Source of the DNA: Tubulanus polymorphus
Lineage: Eukaryota > Animalia > Nemertea
Direction: 5' to 3'
Assembly: GCF_964204645.1 (NCBI RefSeq)
Contig: NC_134028.1
Coordinates: forward strand, 12,571,263-12,635,262
DNA length: 64,000 bases
This document shows positions 56,401 through 64,000 of this stretch, piece after piece. Position numbers and translations under genes: made by a program. A model generated the notes under the pieces. It was not told where the DNA came from. It ran no database searches and saw nothing but the letters and a program-made list of their open reading frames with translations. Each line of letters opens with the position of its first letter. Position 1 is the first letter of the stretch.

Positions 56401-58026
56401 ATAGAACATGTCACGAACTATAACTTTGTAATTGATCATGGTAACAAAATATGCCTATGTACCAATATAATAAGGAAATACTAAGTTATTCTACTATTCA
56501 GCACCCCCTGGTGACCATATAGAATAACTAATGGCCTTAAAACTTGCCACAATCATAGATGATGTCATGAGCTACAACTTTGCAATTGATTGTGATTACA
56601 AAATATGCATTGATACGAATATAATATAGAAATACTAAGACATTGTATTCTTCAACGCCCCCTGGTGGCCATATACAAAAACCAATGACCATGAAACTCA
56701 CCACAATCATAGAACACGTTATGAGCTACAAGTTTCTAATCGATTGTGGTAACAAAATACGCTTAGGTATCAATATAATGTGGAAAACTTTTTCCCACCT
56801 ACGAATGAGTACTGATGATACCAAGATGGCCGCCAATTGCATCATAATTGGCTGATCAAAAATACCTGTCTCAGGTATAAAACGTCCCTTTTCAAGGAAT
56901 ACCAATCACAAATTGCAATGAGAAATGGCAAACCAGTAGGGAGCTACAGGACTCAGAATTCGGGCCAAAATTGACATTTTTGGGCACTAAAAAAGGTCAT
57001 AGGACGGTCATCTTGAGTTCGATCGACCCAATTTTTGTTATGCTGATGGGCCCTAGGGGGATTTACATACATCCGAAAGATCAAGGTAATTGATCAAAGC
57101 GTCTTAAAATTTCCCCAAAAAAGTTCTAAAATGTGTAAAGTGCTGATTTTGGTGAAAAACAATGGCTGCCAGCCGGCCATCTTGATTCTGACAGGGCCAG
57201 GTTTTAGGCTGAAGATGTGTCTAGGGAAGATACATGTGTAACCCAAATATCAAGACATTTTATTGTATTCATAATCTTGAATACAAAGTTGCCGGATCAA
57301 TATTTGCAGCGTATTTAACCCCATTTATCGGATCTTTCTTTAATTAAATGACTGTAAAAATGGTGTGCTTTGGTCAGGTTAGTAAACATAGGCCTACATG
57401 ACAGATGTCGACTAGCTTGAGAGCTAAAAATGGTCAATTCGAATCTAAAAGAAAATAGTTAACTTCTAGGAGGAGATTTATGCCCAAAATGTGCTTAAAG
57501 ATTGCATCTCAGAGCCTTGAAATTTCAAAATTTTCAGGGGGAGTGCCCCTCGATCCCCTGTTTTGTGATATGATATAGGTACCTACAGTTCAGCACGACG
57601 CAGAAACCGTGGGGTGGTGAAACATAAGATACCGTGCATTCGGTGCTCGTTTGGATATGTGAGCCTAAGGCACTCTGGATTGTAGCACTGATGGATTTTA
57701 GGTGGCCATGCCCCTGCCAATTGGGCTAAAAAAAATTATGATTCTTATGACATTTTAGGCCTAAATCAAAAATAAAACCTACCATTTCCATTACGAAGAA
57801 TATGCTCATTCTTCAAGTTATGCTGTGACGTGAGTGCAACATACTTTTGGCGAATATTTTCCAGTTGAAAAGTTGAAGATTTTTGAGCTTGTTCAAATTC
57901 TATATCTTGCATCAATATTTTGAATGAGTTAGCCTCTAACTGGCGATCCAATGTGTCTTTGTTACCCAGTGATTCCTTTAAAGACTCCTCAATTGGGTTC
58001 ACAGTTTCTGTATAGCTGGCAGGCAT
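7499..58026 (-). CDS. USP36: Ubiquitin carboxyl-terminal hydrolase 36-like (USP36/USP42/scrawny family), multi-exon, 3'-partial; join of exons E1-E10 listed below
   Basis: Ten exons join in frame (244+240+111+103+68+71+161+94+126+120 = 1338 nt), all GT-AG. Motifs: Cys box [22 protein letters not shown], Zn-finger CxxC pairs, His box LVHSG...GHYYCY, MNDS and AYMLFY. The N-terminal segment [12 protein letters not shown]...[10 protein letters not shown] resembles USP36 (recalled family sequence, not a database search). Confidence 0.93.
7771..8653 (-). mobile_element. HINE family B, copy 2
   Basis: Collinear with 6155-7045 from acaagagccccaaggggcac to ggctggcctaa. Confidence 0.75.
8657..9730 (-). 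mobile_element. HINE family B, diverged copy 3 (head-to-tail with copy 2, interrupted about 9070-9625)
   Basis: Starts acaagatcaccaagggacactatggccagcctg directly after copy 2; homology resumes at tattcctccgaaaaaccaaatcaactaaa (~9628). Confidence 0.6.
10553..11849. mobile_element. PIF/Harbinger-like MITE nested in HINE-A copy 1
   Basis: TIRs ggccacaccaaaa / ttttggtgtggcc with TTA TSD; the host consensus gcttaggtatcaa is restored on removal. Confidence 0.8.
10814..11454. mobile_element. Kolobok-like MITE nested in the Harbinger MITE
   Basis: TTAA|agggcacatgccca ... tgggcattgtgccct|TTAA. Confidence 0.7.
12563..13751 (+). repeat. ~1.19-kb unclassified interspersed repeat, left arm of an inverted pair
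   Basis: Continuous reverse-complement match to 16854-17987; contains aataaa-(gaatt)n, a LINE/SINE-like tail, at ~13119-13139. Confidence 0.85.
14448..14710 (-). mobile_element. HINE family B, partial copy 4 abutting the E9 splice donor
   Basis: Matches the family B end ...aataggctcagcctacggctggcctaaaaa, immediately followed by ctcac (the E9 donor). Confidence 0.75.
14716..14841 (-). CDS. USP36: USP36 exon E9 (His box, catalytic His and Asp)
   Basis: [42 protein letters not shown]; catttcag acceptor, gtgagt donor. Confidence 0.95.
15177..15287. mobile_element. ~110-bp foldback MITE (Harbinger-like)
   Basis: TIRs ccagttccacagtcgtgagtta / taactcacaactgtggaactgg. Confidence 0.65.
15385..15767 (-). 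mobile_element. HINE family A, diverged partial copy
   Basis: Matches the family A core and end (ggctgaagatgtgtctagggtagatacatg ... gggacccaagtgagctaaa). Confidence 0.7.
16205..16298 (-). CDS. USP36: USP36 exon E8
   Basis: (R)[31 protein letters not shown]; ttttccag acceptor, gttggt donor, phases 2/0. Confidence 0.93.
16722..16782. repeat. (TA)n microsatellite
   Basis: About 30 TA units with one interruption. Confidence 0.95.
16854..17987 (-). repeat. Right arm of the ~1.19-kb inverted repeat
   Basis: ttttttgacgccttataaaacgttaccattatg (16854) pairs with 13719-13751; cgcaggcgtcaaataat (17945) pairs with ~12591. Confidence 0.85.
21162..22562 (+). mobile_element. 5'-truncated L2-clade LINE (RT and C-terminal domain)
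   Basis: [53 protein letters not shown]; internal stop at ~21523; (ATT)n tail. Confidence 0.9.
22543..22800. repeat. (ATT)n-derived low-complexity tract
   Basis: Degenerate tatt/catt repeats. Confidence 0.85.
23246..23810 (+). mobile_element. PIF/Harbinger-like MITE family E
   Basis: TIRs ggccatcccaaa / tttgggatggcc with 3-bp TSD TGA. Confidence 0.85.
25287..25447 (-). CDS. USP36: USP36 exon E7 (second CxxC), not in ORF track
   Basis: [53 protein letters not shown](R); tttttcag acceptor, gtattt donor, phases 0/2. Confidence 0.95.
25706..26369. mobile_element. hAT-like MITE with 6-bp TSD
   Basis: ttaaat|cagggatat ... ttatcacccctg|ttaaat; subterminal ggtcggaa repeats. Confidence 0.6.
27683..28256 (-). 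mobile_element. Harbinger-like MITE family E, opposite orientation to the 23246 copy
   Basis: Internal sequence is the reverse complement of 23246-23810; the right TIR is damaged (attttgggat duplicated). Confidence 0.8.
28969..30627. mobile_element. piggyBac-like MITE containing a HINE-A copy
   Basis: TTAA|ccctttcagtgct ... agcaacgaaaggg|TTAA. Confidence 0.75.
29446..30539 (-). mobile_element. HINE family A copy (3 internal repeats)
   Basis: Full ends aactaggggtccagggacacc ... ggacggacg ... cccaagtgggctaaaaa. Confidence 0.8.
31527..32421. mobile_element. hAT-like MITE with 6-bp TSD
   Basis: agcaat|cagtgttgccag ... ctggcaacactg|agcaat; tccggaa subterminal repeats. Confidence 0.8.
33788..33858 (-). 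CDS. USP36: USP36 exon E6 (first Zn-finger CxxC), not in ORF track
   Basis: (V)[23 protein letters not shown]; cttttatag acceptor, gtatgt donor, phases 1/0. Confidence 0.93.
35021..35090. repeat. 35-bp tandem duplication containing ATTGG (CCAAT) boxes
   Basis: ggtctcc(g/a)cagcaggcgcacaaagctctgattggt, two copies. Confidence 0.85.
36187..36254 (-). CDS. USP36: USP36 exon E5, not in ORF track
   Basis: (K)[22 protein letters not shown](V); tgttttaag acceptor, gtacat donor, phases 2/1. Confidence 0.93.
37548..38096. mobile_element. piggyBac-like MITE
   Basis: TTAA|cccttaacttgctgc ... gcagcaggttatggg|taaa. Confidence 0.6.
38237..38339 (-). CDS. USP36: USP36 exon E4 (QEDAHE box), not in ORF track
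   Basis: (L)[33 protein letters not shown]; ttttttag acceptor, gtaagt donor, phases 1/2. Confidence 0.95.
38428..38739. mobile_element. Foldback MITE with B-box-like motifs in both arms; partial inverted copy at 25878-26097
   Basis: Arms are imperfect inverted repeats (ggattcgaacctg..gcatcg / cgatgc..caggttcaaatc); the interior matches 25878-26097 in reverse. Confidence 0.6.
39507..40213 (-). mobile_element. HINE family B, copy 5 (internal deletion)
   Basis: agagccccaaggggcactatggccagcctg ... ggctcagcctatggctggcctaaaaa. Confidence 0.75.
40547..44421 (+). mobile_element. Near full-length decayed L2-clade LINE (APE + RT)
   Basis: LNSQSI, LNETW, VYRPP, GDLN, TLDAV, SDHH; RT motifs YRPVSNL, HSTETAL, FADD; [14 protein letters not shown]; (ATTG)n tail; possible TSD gatataa; a 34-bp tandem duplication at 42369-42436 causes a frameshift. 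Confidence 0.9.
43462..43988. mobile_element. hAT-like MITE (Ac-like TIR) with 6-bp TSD, inserted in the LINE RT region
   Basis: gagcat|caggaatgaaaa ... ttttcatccctg|gagcat; removal restores RTRVREHITP. Confidence 0.85.
45900..46470 (-). mobile_element. Harbinger-like MITE family E
   Basis: TAA|ggccatccca ... tgggatggcc|TAA. Confidence 0.85.
47724..47834 (-). CDS. USP36: USP36 exon E3
   Basis: (C)[36 protein letters not shown]; tttcaag acceptor, gtgagt donor, phases 1/1. Confidence 0.92.
48416..48819. mobile_element. Harbinger-like MITE
   Basis: TIRs agccgcgttcacact / agtgtgaacgcagct; internal cgttcacact repeats. Confidence 0.65.
50978..52382 (-). mobile_element. HINE family A, intact copy (5 internal repeats)
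   Basis: Both ends, subTIRs and (GGAC)n are present. Confidence 0.85.
52705..53565 (-). mobile_element. Internally deleted hAT-like transposon retaining a transposase N-terminal Zn-finger remnant
   Basis: TIRs cagagatgctag / ctagcatctctg; near 6-bp TSD (ttaatt / tttatt). From ATG 53096: [15 protein letters not shown], frameshift, then [35 protein letters not shown]. Confidence 0.75.
54872..55672. mobile_element. Kolobok-like MITE
   Basis: TTAA|aggccgaggag ... ctcctcggcct|TTAA. Confidence 0.75.
55772..56011 (-). CDS. USP36: USP36 exon E2 (Cys box)
   Basis: ...[12 protein letters not shown]...[27 protein letters not shown]...; acceptor cttttcag (best phase-1 choice, boundary somewhat uncertain); donor T|gtaagt. 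Confidence 0.92.
56147..57258 (-). mobile_element. HINE family A copy (4 repeats, one end truncated)
   Basis: Consensus match ends at atatcaagacatt, followed by a fragment also found at ~27320-27450. Confidence 0.8.
57783..58026 (-). CDS. USP36: USP36 coding exon E1 (start codon; exon probably begins at 58076 with about 50 nt of 5'UTR)
   Basis: [20 protein letters not shown]...HILRNGN. In-frame TAA three codons upstream of the ATG; acceptor tttgtttctag at 58077; donor G|gtaggt, phase 1. Confidence 0.85.
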
Positions 58027-58783
58027 AGCAAGTTACTGTTAGAGATGGCGATGTTCATTTGATGAAAGAATTGGGCCTAGAAACAAAGAGAAAAGGCCAT
58101 GGTACAAGAGCAGAAATATTCAAAACTTTCTAAATGAATTGGGGTTAGGCCATTGCAATATTGTTACAACTTATACAGGCCGGAAAGGGGAAATTATGGG
58201 GTACCGGCACTCACCAGATGGCTTAACAATACACTCAGTTAGTGAAAATTAGTTAATTATTAAAAAATTTTTAATTAGGCCATACCAAAACAAGAGGCCC
58301 ATGGGCCTTGAAGCATTGGTAGATTAATACTGTGGTATTAAGTGGTTATAATGTTTTACATCTGCCGGAAAATCTTCTATGACGATGTTGATTGGGAGGA
58401 CCAGAGACTAAAAGGTCTATTTGTCTAGTACGATTTTATTCCTGAAAATGAATTTATTTTCTGCCGAACGATTTAGCCTAGGCTATTTGTACTGTTAAAC
58501 CTCATTAATGCGATTCTGTTAAAAAGACGAAACTAGTTTATTCTGATGTTTTCCATCATGTCCCAGCCAAGATATTTATATCAATCAAGATTTGGATACA
58601 AAAACCCATGTTTACGCATGAACTGTTAGGCCCCACTGAATAATGAAAACAATAACAGAACGATTTTCCTGAATGGAATTGCAAGACCCTCTGATCTTAG
58701 AGCTCCAAGCTCTGATGCATGTACGCATGCAAAACGTCGCAGAGAGCGATGCCGGCGTTGGTGTCACTGAGGCCGGCTGATGA

Positions 58784-59008
58784 TTGTTTGTTTGTCTTTT
58801 TGTTTGTTTGGCTATAAGTACGTCGTTTGGATCTTGGTTTCCCAAGACTATTCCTATTAGATTGTTCATTTAACCTCACAACGGTACGGCCTTTGAAGTG
58901 TTGCCCGCACACTGTACGCAGCCAGCAGGACTCGAACCCACTTGTAACTCAGCATTGATAGTGGATTCAACAGCATCACGCCTTATCTCACTGAGCTACC
59001 GAGGCCGC
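58784..59008 (-). mobile_element. tRNA-derived SINE
   Basis: Minus strand ggcctcggTAGCTCAGTGAG (A box) ... GGTTCGAGTCC (B box), unique body, (AAAC)n tail. Confidence 0.75.
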
Positions 59009-59281
59009 TCGATTCAATTCCAAAAAACAACAGCAGCGGCAAATAACCATCGCAATATTGCAATTTATGGACGCTGAGAATTAATCCCAAATAATCCCAT
59101 GGATACTGATAGTTGGAATAGCAGTGATATCCAAACACTGTGATATTTATAAACCGGAGGTACATAATTTTATGTTTTCTATTCAGAAGAGGCTGGTCCC
59201 CATTCTTTACTACCAATGTCAATGCGGACATATCGCTACGCGATTGTTTAACCCGCTCTCATCTACCAGATAATGAACAAG

Positions 59282-60378
59282 AACTAGGGGTCCAGGGACA
59301 TCATGCCCACTTGGGAAGTGGTTCCAAATGCTCAACAATCTAACAATTTCAATATTCAACGCCCCTGGTGACCATATACAGAATCCAATGACCTTGAAAC
59401 TCACCACAATCATAGAACATGTCAGCAGCTACGATTTTGTAATTGATTGTCATAACAAAATATGCCTAGGTACCAATATAATAAGGAAATACTAAGTTAT
59501 TCTACTATTCAACGCCCCCTGGTGACCATATAGAATAACAAATGGCCTTAAAACTTGCCACAATCATAGATGATGTCATGAGCTACAACTTTGCAATTGA
59601 TTGAGGTTACAAAATATGCATTGATACAAATATAATATAGAAATACTAAGATATTGCATTATTCAACGCCCCCTGCTGGCCATATACAAAAACCAATGAC
59701 CTTGAAACTCACAACAATCATAGAACACGTTATGAGCTACAACTTTCTTAATGATTGTGGTAACAAAATATGCTTAGGTATCAATATAATGTGGAAAAAC
59801 TTTTTCCCACTTACGAATGAGTACTGCTGACACCATGATGGCCGCCAATTGCGTCATAATTGGCTGATGAAAAATACTTGTCTCAGGTATAAAACATCCC
59901 TTTCCAAAGAATACCCATCACTTATTGCAATGAGAAATGATAAACCAGTAGGAAGCTACAGGACTCAGAATTTGGGCCAAAATTAACATTTTTGGGCACT
60001 AAAAAGGTAATAGGACGGCCATCTTGAGTCCAATCTTTGTTATGCTGATGGGCCCTGGGGGAATTCACATATATCCGAAAGATCAAGGTAATTGATCAAA
60101 GCGTCTTCAAAATTTCCCTCAAAAAGTTCAAAAATGTGTAAAGTGCTGATTTCGGCGAACAACAATGGCTGCCAGTCGGCCATCTTGAATCTGACAGGGC
60201 CAGTTTTTGGGCTGAAGATGTGTCTAGGGTAGATACATGTGTAACCCAAATATCAAGACATTACCTTGAAGCGTCTTCAAAACTTCCCAAAATAACTGGA
60301 TTCCGTCTACGGATGGACGGACGGACGAAAAGTGAACGCAATAGCCCGCTGGGACTAAAGTCCCAAGTGGGCTAAAAA
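59282..60378 (-). mobile_element. HINE family A, intact copy (3 repeats)
   Basis: Both ends with subTIRs and the hairpin tgggactaaagtccca. Confidence 0.85.
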
Positions 60379-62764
60379 TGCGATCGAATAACTTTTTGGA
60401 CCATTAAATCAGAAATCCGGCGACGCTATGTTGTGGCAAATAATTGAAACATTTTTATTAGTCATTTTCAGCTGTTTCTAATGTTTTACATGAACGGAGT
60501 GACAATTTGAAGTTACTATGAAAATGAGAAGAGTCAGCGCTATTTTTTCGTACTACTATTTTCGATCCATTTTACTAGCATAGACGTCAACCAATGCTAA
60601 TAATGGTCTGTTTGCCGTAACTTGACCGACCTGACTTCAAAGGTACCGAGTGAAATGTTGTGCTATGCCAGGGTTCACCTGGTCTTGCTTTTTCATGTAA
60701 AATCAGCCGCATTTCTTCTATGAGTGATACAATATGAAGAAATCACCAGTGCAGAGAGGGTATTTCAGAGAAAATTTGTCCATTTACGCGTGTTCAGCAC
60801 CCATTTCAAAAGATGATATAACTAAAACACTGCATAGAATACCTGATACTAATCAGTCTTAAGGCTGGCTTAAAACTAAACCCGATATCAATAACCAAAC
60901 GAGCCGGACACCAATAGGCCTCTACCAGGCCTCCATCCATCCGCAATATTGATGATGATGATTAGGTCGATAAGCGACTCGATGCCAACAGACGCAACTG
61001 GGTTTATTGCCGATAAGCGGCAGCTAGCGGCCTACGAGAGGCTGCCAGTTGCTGCTCTATCAGTTCGACATAAGCTGGCTTGCGATGGCAACCCGACGCC
61101 TACCGACTTGTTGCAAGCCGTACCCGGCTAGTTGCCCATGTTCTACTCCGGCCTACGGGAAGCGGACAGCTGCTTTCGATCGCAAACGACATGAGCTCAT
61201 TTGCGATGCAACTGACCGCACGAATTCCAGCCAATCAGAGACCGAATGTACACAGTACAAATTTTTACCGATAGTTTGCATTATTAGTATCTTGTCACAA
61301 ACTTTCAAATTCAAACACAAACCAAACATTCAGCATGGCAAATGACAAAAGATCTAAACGAAATTTGTAGAATTATGGTGTGAGAGGCCTCCTGCTCTCT
61401 ATATGACGTCACTAGCGCTCAAAACAGAATCAGAATGATAAAGGTCTTAAAGAAATAACTTGTCAACTAGAAACATCTTTCTCAATAATTCCAAAAAAAT
61501 TGATTCTAAAAATGCTTATCACGTGACCATCTGAGCAGTTGCAGTTGCCAGTAATCATAACGGACATAAACAGGGGAGCAACTGAGTGGATCTGATATCC
61601 CGCTAGTTGGCCTCATTTGCTAGGAATTGGAGCGCAGTCGACATAGGCTGGGCTGCGATCGCTGTTGCTCTCAGTTGCATCAGTAGGCATCGCAACAGCC
61701 AGCCTATAGGCCAATAATTAAAAGGCATTAAACTAACTGGAACTAGCCTAACTGGTGATGTGCGATGAATTCGCCATCTAATGTTAGAGTTAAGAAAGAA
61801 GTCAACCGTACCTGGGCTGCGTTTTTCAAAGCGGTGATAAGCCCTGTCCCAGTGACAAATCCCGGTGTTAAATATTTTTATCACTGGGAAGTGCGTTTTT
61901 CAAACCTGTGTTAACTTTATCACCGATAAAATCAGCTATCCCAGTGATAAAGTTAAAACAACTCCAATGTGGTGATAGCAATTTACTATCGCCAGGATAA
62001 ATCATCAAAATGTAAAGAAAATGTATTCATTCTGACATGTACATGTCGTTAGTGTGTGTGAACACCCCCTAAGAACAATTTTTTTTCATTGGAATGGTTG
62101 CATGGTGTCTGATCATGGCAATAATATATCTGATCTAGTTAAATAAATGAAGAAAGGGCACTTATTTCTAGCGAAAACCCCATGAACTAAATGGTTTTTT
62201 TAAAGCCCTTGGAATTGACTGGTGTACGCATGTCGGGGGACACTATTCTAGGCAATTAAACAAAATCATTGGTAAATCCTCTAGTGTGTCAGGGTCGAGC
62301 AGATCTTAAAGGATAGGTCTTAAATAAAAAAATTGACCCAAATTTTTTTACTGACTTTGAAGGAACTTCAGGGGGTTAAGCACGACACAAGCCTGGTCGG
62401 CACTTGAAGATCACCTTCGGCGATGAGTCGGTTGACTGGTGTCCAAGGATTCTGCCGGATTCGAACCTCTGTGCTGATGCTGACAGCGCGCATTTGTCAT
62501 TATTATTTTGCTCTCGTGGCTAAGGGGATTTTAACTATCTTCAGCTCATTTAATCAAGGCACTTGGCGAATGAAAGTTAAGCTAGGCCTATATGCTATAT
62601 GGACACACAACTAATCTTAAGACAAAATATACATTAACGCAATTTCTAAGAGGTAAAATAATGTAATGGAGGAGTTCCGTGGCAAACATTGCGACACTAT
62701 GCCAATTATAGTAGTGTGTTAAAATAAAATTGTGTTAAAATGAATTGAAATATGTAATAAATTG

Positions 62765-63930
62765 CCCATGGGCAAAGTGAGGTCTACCTTGAAAGCTAGA
62801 GGTTGTTTGGAATAAGGGCATTGTTTGAAAAATCTTTTTAATTAGTGACTTCAAAGTTCCACAAGTTTATATTGTAATTTATCTTTCTTAAAGAATTATT
62901 TTGTAGTCAAATAAGACCAAAGATATACATTTGTTTACGATCCACGTCCAAAATTGTGTAGGGTACAGGTAGGCGCGGCGGGGAAACTATTTTATATTTT
63001 TTTTAAAATATGTTTCACAATATGAAAAAATATTCAAATAAGGCCATCCCAAAATAATCGTCTGTTTGCCGTAAACACCGACTCAACTTTTCAGGATGAG
63101 TCAGTAGGCAGGTAGAAATCTTTTTGGGCAAAATTTTTGGGCAAAAAAAAACAAATTTTTCAACTTTGGGCTTTTTTACATGGAAACAACATCGCAAAAA
63201 ATCCTCTTCGTTGTGCACAGGAAATTTGTATAAAAGCGTAGATTTCAAGAATTATTCTAAAATTATAACTTCGTCCATAGCGTCATCTCTGTGTTAAAAA
63301 TGAAACAGTACATTGAATATGATTCATATGATGTCACATATCAGAGGGTGACTGACTATTGGGTCTTGGAAACCTCTTCCAACGTTGGCCGCGGAAGCTG
63401 AAATACCGGTACAGAAGAAATCGGCTATTAGATCGTTTTGAATCCTGGAATTTACCACTACAATATTCAGACATCGACAGACTTATAGTTTGCTGCTTAG
63501 TATTTTCAGGTCACAAGAAATTACAATTTATTACAAATTCTATCGAACAGAAAACACAGCGCTCATCTTCTGCTACGATTATTCAGCCAATTTTCATGTC
63601 AAACGTGCATGCGTTACAGCATCACCCCTAGTAGTGTACTGTACGAGTTTGTGTGTGTGTCGTGTAGCACTCCACACGCACGTGGAGGCCTCGTGTAAGT
63701 GAATATTCGCTTACACCTCAATGTCAATCAAAACAATCACCGGGTATTAAAATTCAACAATACCTATGGCGGATGTGTGAAAAAATTACATCCTCACCAG
63801 CAATGAGCATTTGAAATTCGCACATATACAGCACCTAGTCCAATGAAACGTAGGCCATGCTATAGCCTTCCCATAATTATTTTAGTAGCGCCGGAATTCC
63901 CCGTATATCCCAAAAACAGCCAATCTCATC
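62765..63930 (+). repeat. Second copy of composite repeat 45627-47060 (includes a partial family E MITE at 63042-63320)
   Basis: Collinear match from cccatgggcaaagtg to cccaaaaacagccaatc. Confidence 0.85.
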
Positions 63931-64000
63931 TGCATCTAGGCCTTGTGATCTGAACTGCGAAGATATCTTTCGATTATTTCTAGACCTATTGAGCATTGGA

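Noticed and set aside
58915-59008. tRNA gene
   Set aside because: A and B boxes are present but there is no closed cloverleaf or T-run terminator; it continues into a SINE body and (AAAC)n tail.

Overview
AT-rich, repeat-dense animal genomic DNA that looks like a marine invertebrate; the species cannot be determined from sequence alone. One protein-coding gene spans most of the window on the minus strand: a USP36/USP42-family (scrawny-like) deubiquitinase. I reconstructed 10 phase-consistent GT-AG coding exons from the ATG at 58026 through the whole catalytic domain (446 codons), plus one candidate 33-nt exon; the C-terminal exons were not identified. The introns are filled with transposable elements: at least 13 non-autonomous Helentron (HINE/DINE-1-like) copies from two families, all in the same orientation as the gene; three decayed L2/CR1-group LINEs, all antisense; Harbinger-, Kolobok-, piggyBac-, Tc2/pogo- and hAT-like MITEs (the hAT-like ones have 6-bp target duplications); and one tRNA-derived SINE. 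Many elements are nested several levels deep. Several long inverted-repeat pairs bracket catalytic exons, an arrangement associated with circRNA formation or exon skipping. There is no CRISPR, rRNA or bona fide tRNA. I found no clear new protein system; the notable features are architectural.
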